DNA of 62,871 bases from positions 1 to 62,871 of IMG/VR virus record IMGVR_UViG_3300046012_000093. One strand, written 5' to 3'. The position numbers and the translations under genes are program-made. The notes beneath the pieces were generated by a model. It had not been told where the DNA came from. It ran no database searches and saw only the letters and a program-made list of their open reading frames with translations. Every line of letters begins with the position of its first letter. The first letter of the stretch is position 1. This DNA comes from a virus. Its lineage: Duplodnaviria > Caudoviricetes. Below, piece after piece: positions 1-9,411 of the stretch.

Positions 1-1
1 G

Positions 2-124
2 GATCCCTGATCCCCTGATGCATACGTTCGTCCTCATATTGACGATATTCACTTACGGTGTCCAAGAAGAAGGACCCCAGGTACTGACTGACGTCTTCAC
101 GACTAAAGAAGCCTGTCTCTCTGA
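2..124 (+). repeat. 123-bp terminal direct repeat (copy 1), probably assembly circularisation overlap
   Basis: 2-124 is identical to 62746-62868. Confidence 0.95.
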
Positions 125-218
125 AGCCTTGAGAGTCAAGACTGAGATAGAGAAGAACGACAAAGTCCGATACGTCTACAGTGACTGTATCGACATCCCC
201 CAGAGAGACAACATATGA
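18..218 (+). CDS. small hypothetical protein with hydrophobic N-terminus
   Basis: 66-aa ORF; ATGA overlap with terS. Confidence 0.6.
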   Translation: MHTFVLILTIFTYGVQEEGPQVLTDVFTTKEACLSEALRVKTEIEKNDKVRYVYSDCIDIPQRDNI

Positions 219-790
219 GATCAGACTATACTCAACCTCGGAATGCCCTAGGTAAGAAGGTCTTCGCCGAAGCCCGTGAAGCCTATAATCTAGGTCGTCC
301 TTACAAGAACCCACAGTCTCTCCTCCAGTATATGACAGAGTTCCAACGGAACTTCGTCATCGAGTATCTCGATTCTCTAGACGGGACGAAGTCAGTCGTC
401 AACGCAGGGTCGAAGTCAGAACACCCAGCCCAGATCGCCCACCAACTCCTCAAGAACGAGAACATCGTCCTCGCTATCGAGTTGATCCAGGGCGAGAGGG
501 CTAGGAAGTCTCAGATCACGAAGGACGTCGTCATCAAGCGCGTCATGAAGATCATCGACGACTGTGAGAAAGACGACACTTACAACCCTAACGCAGCCCT
601 CAGAGGTCTCGAACTCATCGCCAGACATCTAGGGATGTTCGTCGAGAAACATGAAATCTCAGGTAAAGACGGTGAAGCAATCAAGTATGAAAAAGTAGAA
701 GAAGATGCTCAAAAATTGGACGATGCAATTAATTCTCTCGTAGAACGTTCTAAACATCCACTAAAAATTGTTGGTGGAAAAGATGCATGA
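215..790 (+). CDS. terS: terminase small subunit
   Basis: FVIEYLDSLDGTKSVVNAG...ALRGLELIARHLGMF...EISGKDGEAI pattern; upstream of TerL. Confidence 0.85.
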   Translation: MRSDYTQPRNALGKKVFAEAREAYNLGRPYKNPQSLLQYMTEFQRNFVIEYLDSLDGTKSVVNAGSKSEHPAQIAHQLLKNENIVLAIELIQGERARKSQITKDVVIKRVMKIIDDCEKDDTYNPNAALRGLELIARHLGMFVEKHEISGKDGEAIKYEKVEEDAQKLDDAINSLVERSKHPLKIVGGKDA

Positions 791-1127
791 TACTTGGGAA
801 GAAGCAAAAGCTGCTGGTGAAAAGTATTACTATGGAAAACCTTGTAAAAACGGTCATCTTTCTATACGACGAGTAATAAGTGCTCATTGTATATTTTGTG
901 AAAGAGAAAGACATAATCGTGACTATGCATCAGGGAAATACCATTCTAGAGATCAAAATTTAATTGATCCAAAAAGGGTCTCTTGGAGACAGAAATACCC
1001 TGGAATGAAAGCCTTTAAACGAGAAATCGAAAAACTTAAAGAAAAAGAAAAACATTTCGATTATGTAAAACTAAATAAAGAGCTTTCAGCGTGGGTCCAT
1101 TCCATAGAAGAATATGTCAGAAATTAG
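783..1127 (+). CDS. AT-rich Zn-finger protein resembling the N-terminus of phage HNH endonucleases (no HNH core seen)
   Basis: EAKAAGEKYYYGKPCKNGH...CIFC; locally AT-rich; ATG at 783. Confidence 0.55.
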   Translation: MHDTWEEAKAAGEKYYYGKPCKNGHLSIRRVISAHCIFCERERHNRDYASGKYHSRDQNLIDPKRVSWRQKYPGMKAFKREIEKLKEKEKHFDYVKLNKELSAWVHSIEEYVRN

Positions 1128-2538
1128 TCCAGCTCAAATTCTTGTATTAGCTTCAGAAGAAGAGCGTGTTGAATTTTTTTCTAAACTCTCTATTGAAGAT
1201 AAAGCAAATTTAAATTACCACTGGCCGTTCTGGGCGAGACCTTCTCAACTCGAACCCGGTACAGAAGGCTCCGCCTCAGACAGGACTGACTGGGACACCT
1301 GGCTCATTCTATCGGGTCGGGGCTTCGGTAAGTCTAGAACTGGTTCAGAGACTATCCGTAAATGGGTCTGTGGAGACACACCACTCTCAGGGAACCAGTG
1401 TCAACACATCGCTCTCATCGCTGAGACTGCGTCAGACGCCAGAGACGTCATGGTCGAAGGACCTGCCGGTCTCCTAGCCTGCCACCCTAAAGACTTCCGT
1501 CCTATCTACGAACCTTCTAAACGTCGAGTCACCTGGAAGAACGGAGCTACGGCGACCCTCTTCAACGCGACCGAACCAGACCAACTCCGAGGACCTAACC
1601 ACGACGGAGCATGGTGGGACGAACTCGCGAAGTATCAATACGCCCAAGAGACTTGGGACCAAGGACAATTCGGTCTCCGCCTCGGGAAGCATCCACGACA
1701 AATAGTGACTACGACTCCTAGACCAATTCCTCTCATCAAGAAGTTGATCTCTGATCCTAGGACTGTCGTAACAAGAGGAAGTACGTTTGACAACAAGGCA
1801 AACCTCGCTGAACCATTTCTACGTCAAATACAAGAACGGTATGGTGGTACACGTCTCGGTCGTCAGGAACTCGAAGGTGAAGTCCTTGATGACATCCCAG
1901 GTTCACTATTCTCAAGAGAAGACATAGAAGTCACGAGAATACTTCCGAAAGACCTTCCTGACCTCGAACGTATCGTCGTAGCGATTGATCCGGCTGTCTC
2001 CTCTGAAGAAGACTCTGACGAGACAGGTATCATCGTCTGTGGGATAGCCAGAGACAACGACGGGTATATCCAAGGGTATATCCTCGAAGACGGTACGACT
2101 AAGGGGACTCCTGACGAGTGGGCAAGGAAGGCAGTCCATCTATATCGGAAGTACTCCGCCGACAGGATCATCGCAGAACGTAACAACGGCGGTGAGATGG
2201 TCGAATCAGTCATCCGTTCAGTCGACAGGTCTCTCCCGATTAAGACGGTCTTCGCCTCTAGAGGTAAGCACGTCCGGGCAGAACCTATCTCGGCATTATA
2301 CGAACAACACCGTATCCACCACGTCGGTCGACTAGACAAACTAGAAGACCAGATGGTGACTTTCTCGATAGACAATCTGAAGTCTTCTGCCTTCGGTTCA
2401 CCTGACAGAGTCGACGCTCTAGTCTGGGGACTGACAGACCTCTTCGGAAGAATCACGGGAAAGAGAAAAGCAGACACAGAAAAACCACCTAAGCCAGCGC
2501 CTGTCTTTTCAGGACAAGGTGCATGGTTAGGGCGATAA
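1114..2538 (+). CDS. terL: terminase large subunit
   Basis: Walker A GRGFGKS, Walker B WWDE, TTTP motif, nuclease AIDPA...DETG...PDRVDALVW. Confidence 0.97.
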   Translation: MSEISPAQILVLASEEERVEFFSKLSIEDKANLNYHWPFWARPSQLEPGTEGSASDRTDWDTWLILSGRGFGKSRTGSETIRKWVCGDTPLSGNQCQHIALIAETASDARDVMVEGPAGLLACHPKDFRPIYEPSKRRVTWKNGATATLFNATEPDQLRGPNHDGAWWDELAKYQYAQETWDQGQFGLRLGKHPRQIVTTTPRPIPLIKKLISDPRTVVTRGSTFDNKANLAEPFLRQIQERYGGTRLGRQELEGEVLDDIPGSLFSREDIEVTRILPKDLPDLERIVVAIDPAVSSEEDSDETGIIVCGIARDNDGYIQGYILEDGTTKGTPDEWARKAVHLYRKYSADRIIAERNNGGEMVESVIRSVDRSLPIKTVFASRGKHVRAEPISALYEQHRIHHVGRLDKLEDQMVTFSIDNLKSSAFGSPDRVDALVWGLTDLFGRITGKRKADTEKPPKPAPVFSGQGAWLGR

Positions 2539-2613
2539 GGCGATATAGTTCAACGGCAGAACGGGTGTTTTGTAATCATCAGATGACAGTTCGATTCTAG
2601 TCTTTCGCCTCCA
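2539..2613 (+). tRNA. tRNA-Thr(TGT), slightly degenerate
   Basis: GGCGATA/TTTCGCC acceptor, GTTC/GAAC D-stem, TT-TGT-AA loop, TTCGATT T-loop, encoded CCA. Confidence 0.75.
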
Positions 2614-2680
2614 ATACTACCAGAAAGCCGGTCACTGTTCTGGACTCATAGTAAATTGACCGACCAGAAAAGGAGGAGTA

Positions 2681-3262
2681 ATGGCATTCCCGCCTAATTA
2701 TACTCAATTCACGAACGGGTTCCGTCTCATCGCAGGCGATGCTCTCAATAACATCTTCAGCGGTCGCTGGGCTATTACTCCGGCAATCGCCGCAGGTAAT
2801 GGTGGTAGCACTATCAATCCTGAGGGGTTGCTTTCTGCTAACCTGACATCTACAGGTACAGCGGCAGGGACGGCCGAACAGACCCTCTTGACTTTCTCAC
2901 TTCCGGCTAAGACTCTGTCTGCCGCTAAGAAGGGCGTCAAGATCAAAGCCTGGGGCGTCACCGCTGCTAACGCTAACAACAAGACTATGAAGTTGTATTT
3001 CGGGGCCGCTGTAATTACGACCCTGACTGCCGCAACTAACAACAAAGGCTGGGAACTCGAACTTGAAGTCTATAAGACTGGTTCAAGTACTCAAGTCGTG
3101 TTCGGTAAAGGTCAAGTCGATACTACTAACGTCACCGCACTCGTGACGACTGGTACTGAGACTGATACGGCTGCCATCGTGATCAAGGTCACAGGAACTG
3201 ACGGGACTGACTCTGCCGGTGACATCGTCGCCAAGGGTCTGACTGTCGAGATGGTCAATTAA
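2681..3262 (+). CDS. putative virion (head decoration-like) protein
   Basis: Thr/Ala/Gly-rich; strong SD AGGAGG; between terL and portal. Confidence 0.5.
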   Translation: MAFPPNYTQFTNGFRLIAGDALNNIFSGRWAITPAIAAGNGGSTINPEGLLSANLTSTGTAAGTAEQTLLTFSLPAKTLSAAKKGVKIKAWGVTAANANNKTMKLYFGAAVITTLTAATNNKGWELELEVYKTGSSTQVVFGKGQVDTTNVTALVTTGTETDTAAIVIKVTGTDGTDSAGDIVAKGLTVEMVN

Positions 3263-3292
3263 CAACTTCAACCTAACAAAAGGAATCTATAC

Positions 3293-3928
3293 ATGCCCGG
3301 TTGGCTAACTAATGGTATTCAAAACGCTGCCGCATTCTACGGTGGTGAAGTCTTTCCTGCTGACACTCGCCTCTCAGGCGGTCAACAGCCTCAGTCTGAA
3401 AAGATCGGCATCCTCCCTCTCGCGGCTGCCATCAACTATTTCAACACGACATCCAGCAAGACTATGGTCGCCGGTACTCGGTACTACAGTTGGTTCGATG
3501 TCCTAGCGCCTAACCCGTCTGCCGCTGACGGTGGTGCCGTCGAGGCTGCTCCTGTAGCTCTCATTACCGGCGTCATGGTCAAGGTCGGTGGGACTGGTGG
3601 GACTGACAACTGGATCGTCGAACTCCACGACGTCAACGGTGTCCTCGTCGCTACGTCTGCCCTCGCCGGTACTCTCGCCGGTACTGCAAATACGTGGCAG
3701 CAAATCCCGTTCACCAGTACTGTCTCTCTCGTCCCTGGTGTCTACTTCTTGACTGTCCAGTCAAACGGTAACACCGCGACGTTCGCCGCCTATAACTTCC
3801 CTGCTCCTGCCTTTGCGACTACTCCGCTAGTCACAGGTTCGGTCACAGGGGTGTTCGGGACTTCGGCTAACTTCACTCCAGCTACGACCTATACCGTCAA
3901 CCTAGGTCCTATGGCTCTTCTCTACTAA
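3293..3928 (+). CDS. putative virion structural protein
   Basis: Thr/Ala/Gly-rich; SD AAGGA; followed by terminator. Confidence 0.5.
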   Translation: MPGWLTNGIQNAAAFYGGEVFPADTRLSGGQQPQSEKIGILPLAAAINYFNTTSSKTMVAGTRYYSWFDVLAPNPSAADGGAVEAAPVALITGVMVKVGGTGGTDNWIVELHDVNGVLVATSALAGTLAGTANTWQQIPFTSTVSLVPGVYFLTVQSNGNTATFAAYNFPAPAFATTPLVTGSVTGVFGTSANFTPATTYTVNLGPMALLY

Positions 3929-3937
3929 CGACAGATT

Positions 3938-3967
3938 CTGAGTCCTCTTCGGGGGACTCAGTTTCTT
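3938..3967 (+). terminator. intrinsic terminator-like hairpin
   Basis: CTGAGTCCTC-TTCG-GGGGACTCAG followed by TTTCTT. Confidence 0.75.
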
Positions 3968-4149
3968 AAAGATTTAGACAAAAGCTTTAGAGCCAGAGGA
4001 CTTCCACAGATGAATATTCTGATGCGCCAACGATATCTGGAACTAAAGAAGAGTGTCGATAAAGAAGACACGACGAAGTTCCAGACTAAGAATTCTCAAG
4101 ACGGTCTCCGTAGAACGCCTGCCAGACCACGTAGTACATAGGAAAATAT

Positions 4150-4854
4150 ATGAAAAACATCTCTGTTCTCTGTGGCGTTCTGGTGATACTCGGACTTCCA
4201 GTCGTCTCATTTGCTGCCCCTCCTAAATCCCCACCGCCTTATTACTCTGTAATTTGTGACGGGAATTCACCGACACACTGTACGGCCCCTAATTCTGACG
4301 GATCATTCAACGTTAAAGTAACCGGCGGAACTGGTGGTGCTATCAATCAAGGCACACCGAATGCCGGTGGATCGACTAGTTCTTGGTTCACGCAAGGTGC
4401 AGAAGTCCAAGGGGCTGCTGCGACTGGTGGTGTCACAAGAGACGGTTGTCGTGCAGCTACTGCAATTCCGACGGCTGTCGCCGATACTCAGGCTGTCGAT
4501 CCGATGTGTTCTAAGGAAGGTCGTGTCGTCACCGCTCCTTTTGCACCTACCGATCTTGCAGCTAAAGGCTATGCGACGACTAACGCTAACACAGCGACGA
4601 CTGTCATCGCTTCTCCAGGCGCTAGTGTCAAGTTGTACATCACTTCGATGCAATGTTTCAACACGAGTGCCGTCACTGTGACTGTAGCACTCAACGACAG
4701 TGTCGCGACAAGTCTGATTGTTCCTGCCGGTGGCGGAAACAACCCTTCCTTCTCTGTTCCTCTAGATGTCGCCGCTAATACTGCGTTGACATTTACTTCT
4801 TCGACGGCTCAGACTTCTGTCGCTTGTGCCGCACAAGGCTATAAAGGTTCATAA
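4150..4854 (+). CDS. signal-peptide-bearing Thr/Ala-rich protein
   Basis: MKNISVLCGVLVILGLPVVSFA|APP resembles a Sec signal; several Cys. Confidence 0.55.
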   Translation: MKNISVLCGVLVILGLPVVSFAAPPKSPPPYYSVICDGNSPTHCTAPNSDGSFNVKVTGGTGGAINQGTPNAGGSTSSWFTQGAEVQGAAATGGVTRDGCRAATAIPTAVADTQAVDPMCSKEGRVVTAPFAPTDLAAKGYATTNANTATTVIASPGASVKLYITSMQCFNTSAVTVTVALNDSVATSLIVPAGGGNNPSFSVPLDVAANTALTFTSSTAQTSVACAAQGYKGS

Positions 4855-5792
4855 TGAAACTCTCTAGAATCTTAAGTATAGTGGCTCTCTTGGTCTTTCC
4901 AAGTGTAGACGCTTACGCGAATTCTAGTAACTTTTCACTCCTCGGTGCGAGTTCGGCGACGTCTTCATATGTAGGTCCTGGGAATTTAGCTAGTTATAAA
5001 GCCTGGTACGGTCTCAGAGCCTATAACACTAACGTTGCCACGACAGGTAATATGCCTATCGCGAACTTCCTAAGAATCTCTGATTCACATACCTGTGACA
5101 TCACAGTAGCTCCAGACGGAAGTGGTGGTATCGGAAATACTGCGAACTGTTCAACTCCAGGAGATAACGGTCAGACTGCTTCTGCCTTCTGTAATGCGAC
5201 GACTTGTACTCTTGCGACACTCTATGACCAGACAGGCCATGGTTTTCCTATCGCGCAGACGACTGCCGCGAACCAACCTCCTATCGTCTTCAACTGTGTC
5301 GGAACGAAGCCTTGTTGGCAGATGACGAGTGCGACTATCGGTCTGATCACGGTAGGGACATACACTCCTGCTACAGGTGTCCTCACCTGGAGTATCATCG
5401 CTGATCGGACAGTCGGTACTGGAGTCGTTCGTTGGCTGCAAGCTAACACGACAGCCAACAGTATTTCTAGTGGTGGTGCGAACGTAGTCGTCCTAGAAGC
5501 TAATTCTGTTACTTTTTCTGCGGCTATGTCTGATAACCATCTTCATGCAATCACGGCAGTAGTTAACGGAGCTTCTTCAGTCATAAACATCGACGGTGTC
5601 GAAACTACAGGAACTGTCGGCGCGAGTACTACAGGAGCGGCTCTCCGTGATCTTGGTGCCGCTGCTACGACAGCCCACACTATCGAGATGGGAGTCGTAG
5701 ATAACGTCGCAGCGTCTTCGTCTCTACGTACTAGCCTTTGTCAGAATGAACAAGCTTTTTATATTTCGAGTAACTTCGGAGCTGTCTGCTAA
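4854..5792 (+). CDS. signal-peptide-bearing LamG/arabinofuranosidase-B-like lectin-fold protein
   Basis: MKLSRILSIVALLVFPSVDAYA|N; WYGLRAY...LYDQTGHG...QTTAANQP...INIDG motifs. Confidence 0.55.
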   Translation: MKLSRILSIVALLVFPSVDAYANSSNFSLLGASSATSSYVGPGNLASYKAWYGLRAYNTNVATTGNMPIANFLRISDSHTCDITVAPDGSGGIGNTANCSTPGDNGQTASAFCNATTCTLATLYDQTGHGFPIAQTTAANQPPIVFNCVGTKPCWQMTSATIGLITVGTYTPATGVLTWSIIADRTVGTGVVRWLQANTTANSISSGGANVVVLEANSVTFSAAMSDNHLHAITAVVNGASSVINIDGVETTGTVGASTTGAALRDLGAAATTAHTIEMGVVDNVAASSSLRTSLCQNEQAFYISSNFGAVC

Positions 5793-7933
5793 TGAGTGAA
5801 CTCTTTTTAGACGACGACTCAGAAACATCAGAAGAGCATTCTGATCTTATCCGTGAGGCCAAGCAGCGGTTCAAGCGTTCTGATCTCTGGGAATCTATCG
5901 CTCGGATGCGTTTCCTCGAAGATTTCAAGTTCTACAACGCCGACGCCTATAACATGTATCAATGGCCTGACACGGCCAGGAATGCCCGTGGTTTCGGTAC
6001 TGGTGACGAACGTCCTTGTCTGACTGTCAACAAGTCAGCCAAACACTGTGACATGGTCATCAACGACTCTCTCCAGAACAAGACTTCTATCCGTATCAAG
6101 CCTGTCGGAGACGAAGCGTCTTATGACGCTGCCGAGGTCCTAGAGGGTATCGTCCGTCATATTGAATATGCCTCGGACGCCCAGAGCCATTACAGTAACG
6201 CCTTCAAGACACAAGTCATCTCTGGATTCGGTGTCCTCCGTGTCACGACTGACTACGTCGACGACTCTTCGTTCGATCAAGACCTGAAGATCACATCTAT
6301 TCCTGATCCTTTGTCAGTCTATATCGATCCAGACTCTGTCGAACCAGACGGTTCAGACGCTCGATATGCCTTCGTCTTCACTGACATGCCTCGTGACGAA
6401 TTCGAGGTTCAATATCCTGAGTATAAAGACAGAATGATCCATACAGCGTTAGGCAATGACGACGGTTGGATCGCTGAGAAACATGTCCGTATCGCTGAGT
6501 ACTTCTACAAGAAGGAAATCCGAGACAAACTGATAGTCTTCACTGATCCTGTCTCTAAGGCTCAGACACCGATCTTCAAGTCAGACACTTCTGGTTGGAA
6601 GGGTGCTCTAAGGAAAGCCCTGAACGAACAACTAGACGATCCTATGACTAGGACTCGTGACGTCATCCGTAACCAGATCAAGTGGTGTAAGATCGTCGGT
6701 GACGACATCCACGAGATGAAAGACTGGGCAGGAGAGACCATTCCAATCGTCCCTGTCGTCGGTTACAAGACTGTCATCGAAGGTGAGATGGACCGGAAAG
6801 GTCACATCAGGGCGATGATCGATTCTCAACGGATGATCAACTATAACGCCTCTGCCGCCATCGAATACGGTGCTCTCCAGACTAAGACTCCTTGGGTCGC
6901 TCCTGCGGCTTCAATTGAGGGTCAAGACGCCTGGGGTAACGCTAACCTAGTGAATTATTCCGTCCTCGTCTGGAACCATATGGACGACGACGGCAATCCT
7001 ATCCCTCCTCCTATTCGACCGATGCCTCCGTCTGGAGCTCCGTTGTATCAAGAGGGTATGAAGAACGCCTCTGACGACATGATGATGGTCTCAGGACAGT
7101 ACGCTCCACTTCTGGGTCAACCTAGTAACGAACGTTCTGGGACTGCGATCAACGCGAGACAACGTCAAGGCGAGAACGCGACTTATCACTTCATCGATCA
7201 CCAAGCCAGAGCGATTCGTCGGTTAGGTAAAATCATCATCAACCTGATTCCGAAGATTTATGACACCCCTCGTGTCATCCACATCATGGCTGAAGACGGG
7301 ACACTCTCGACTGTCAAACTCGATCCTCAAGCTAAACAGGCTTTCGAACAGAAGAGAGCTGCCGCTGCCGACGTCATCGAACAGGTCATCCTGAACCCGA
7401 CTATCGGTAAGTATGAAGTCATCAGTGACGTCGGTCCTGACTATGCGACGAGGAGACAAGAGGCGTTCAACGCACTGTCTCAGATCGCTACTGTCAATCC
7501 GTCGTTGATGGCTGTCATCGGTGACCTAGTTCTACTCGCTGCCGACTTCCCGATGGCTGAACAAGCCGCCGAACGTCTGAAGAGAATGGTTCCTGCACAG
7601 GCACTAGGAGAAGAGAATCTCCAGGTCCAGCAACTCCAGCAAGAACTCCAGGCTTCACAAGCTCTGTCATCTTCTATGGCTGAGAAGTTGACTGAACTCC
7701 AGTCGAAGATCAGGAACAAGGACATCCAGAAAGACGTCGACGTCTATAAGGCTATCACTGACAGGATTGACGTCCTGCTTCAGACCCAACCTTCGAAGAC
7801 AGACATCCTCCAGTTCCAACATGATCTCGCTATGCAAGAACATGCCGGTAATTTGACGATGGCTTCTAAAGCTCTAGACAACGCCCTCGCACCAGAAGCT
7901 GCTGGTGAGATGGACAACGCGGATTCAGTTTGA
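5792..7933 (+). CDS. portal protein, P22 gp1-like
   Basis: 713 aa; QWP...RPCLTVN, QRMINY, SGTAINARQRQG, GKYEVISDVGPDYATRRQE. Confidence 0.93.
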   Translation: MSELFLDDDSETSEEHSDLIREAKQRFKRSDLWESIARMRFLEDFKFYNADAYNMYQWPDTARNARGFGTGDERPCLTVNKSAKHCDMVINDSLQNKTSIRIKPVGDEASYDAAEVLEGIVRHIEYASDAQSHYSNAFKTQVISGFGVLRVTTDYVDDSSFDQDLKITSIPDPLSVYIDPDSVEPDGSDARYAFVFTDMPRDEFEVQYPEYKDRMIHTALGNDDGWIAEKHVRIAEYFYKKEIRDKLIVFTDPVSKAQTPIFKSDTSGWKGALRKALNEQLDDPMTRTRDVIRNQIKWCKIVGDDIHEMKDWAGETIPIVPVVGYKTVIEGEMDRKGHIRAMIDSQRMINYNASAAIEYGALQTKTPWVAPAASIEGQDAWGNANLVNYSVLVWNHMDDDGNPIPPPIRPMPPSGAPLYQEGMKNASDDMMMVSGQYAPLLGQPSNERSGTAINARQRQGENATYHFIDHQARAIRRLGKIIINLIPKIYDTPRVIHIMAEDGTLSTVKLDPQAKQAFEQKRAAAADVIEQVILNPTIGKYEVISDVGPDYATRRQEAFNALSQIATVNPSLMAVIGDLVLLAADFPMAEQAAERLKRMVPAQALGEENLQVQQLQQELQASQALSSSMAEKLTELQSKIRNKDIQKDVDVYKAITDRIDVLLQTQPSKTDILQFQHDLAMQEHAGNLTMASKALDNALAPEAAGEMDNADSV

Positions 7934-8253
7934 TGCAAAAGATTTGTCACCGCCTCGTCGCTGAGACAGCGAAAGACATCGCTAGATCAGTCTACGAAGC
8001 CTGTGCCCCTAACAACGATTTCTATCGAGAATATCCAGACCAACAGACTTTTGTCAATCGACAATGGTCGTATTTCATCGGTGACGCCCGTCGTGCTCTT
8101 ACTACGATGTTGAAGCCTAAGTCAGATTCTGATCCGAGAAATCCAGAGTTCTACTACTCAGAACATATCAGAGACGAAATCTTCGAGGCTCTAGTAGCCG
8201 AAGGTGAGATGAAAGGACCCGCACCATTACCATCGTCAAGAGTCCTGAACTGA
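7930..8253 (+). CDS. hypothetical protein
   Basis: 107-aa ORF overlapping portal stop. Confidence 0.6.
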   Translation: MMQKICHRLVAETAKDIARSVYEACAPNNDFYREYPDQQTFVNRQWSYFIGDARRALTTMLKPKSDSDPRNPEFYYSEHIRDEIFEALVAEGEMKGPAPLPSSRVLN

Positions 8254-8407
8254 CTAAGAAGAGGACTTATTCAGACGAGGAAAAGAAATTGATCCGTCTG
8301 AAGATAGTCGAACAACAGTGGGGTCAATCTCCATACAATCAGAAAAACTTCCGGTCATAGTGACCGTGCAGCCCGTCAGTGCTAGAACTGACTAGAAGGA
8401 ACTAAAG

Positions 8408-9226
8408 ATGGGTATCGTCCCTAATCCAAATGAATCTGTCGAACAAATCGCTATAGATCAACGTGCTGTCGACCCTCGTCTTGAGAATCAAGAAGTAGTT
8501 GCTCCAGAGACCCCCGAGACTCCAGTAGAGGCTGTCGAAGGTGAAGAGCATCAAGAGGTTCCTGTACAGAAACCTCGTAAGACGGCCGAAGAAGTCCTCA
8601 AAGGTCGCGTCGGTCATCTGACTAAGACATTGTCTTCGAAGGATCAAGAACTCGTAGACGCGAGAAACCGTCTCGCTGCTGCTGAAGCTCTCCTCGCTTC
8701 TCGGACGAACGAAGACGGAACTCCTGTCACGCCTCCTGCTCCTGCGACGACTCCACACAGTTACAGCCCAGAAGAATTCGAAGCTGCCGTCGAGGCTCGT
8801 GCCCAGGCAGACGCCTTCAACCAGAAGGCTGACGACATGTACAACGAAGGTTCTGGAAAGTTTAACGACTGGAAGGACACCGTCGACACACTCGTCGCTT
8901 CAGGGTTTATGAACAAAGACCTCTTGGATGCAGCTATGGCTGTCGGTAACGGCGCTGAAGTTCTCCATCATCTCGGTTCTAATCTAGACGAAGCCGAACG
9001 GATCAACGCTTTGACACCGATCCATAAGGCAGCCGCTCTAGCTAAAATCTCTTCGACGTTGACAGTTCCAAGGACGACCCCGATTTCGAGTGCTCCTGCA
9101 CCGATCCAACCAGTCCATGGTTCTCCTTCTCCGACTATCGACCTCCAACGTGTCGCCGACACTGACGACATGAGTGCGTATATCGCCGCTCGTGCCAAGC
9201 AGGGTTCTCGCTGGGCGACTCGTTGA
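8408..9226 (+). CDS. scaffolding protein
   Basis: acidic coiled-coil protein between portal and coat; C-terminal SSAPAPI...MSAYIAAR. Confidence 0.8.
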   Translation: MGIVPNPNESVEQIAIDQRAVDPRLENQEVVAPETPETPVEAVEGEEHQEVPVQKPRKTAEEVLKGRVGHLTKTLSSKDQELVDARNRLAAAEALLASRTNEDGTPVTPPAPATTPHSYSPEEFEAAVEARAQADAFNQKADDMYNEGSGKFNDWKDTVDTLVASGFMNKDLLDAAMAVGNGAEVLHHLGSNLDEAERINALTPIHKAAALAKISSTLTVPRTTPISSAPAPIQPVHGSPSPTIDLQRVADTDDMSAYIAARAKQGSRWATR

Positions 9227-9411
9227 TAATAAAGTGTCCCGATCACACTAAAGATCGTGTAGAACGCCAGTTCTCTAACTGGCAGAGTCCGGCCTCTTGA
9301 TGTCCGTGCGTCGCCTGTATCTTAATCGGCCCTGGCACCGAACGTTCAACAAACTAAATGCAGTCTCGGCGATTGTATTTGAACCTCGCCAGAGCATGAA
9401 AGGACATTACT

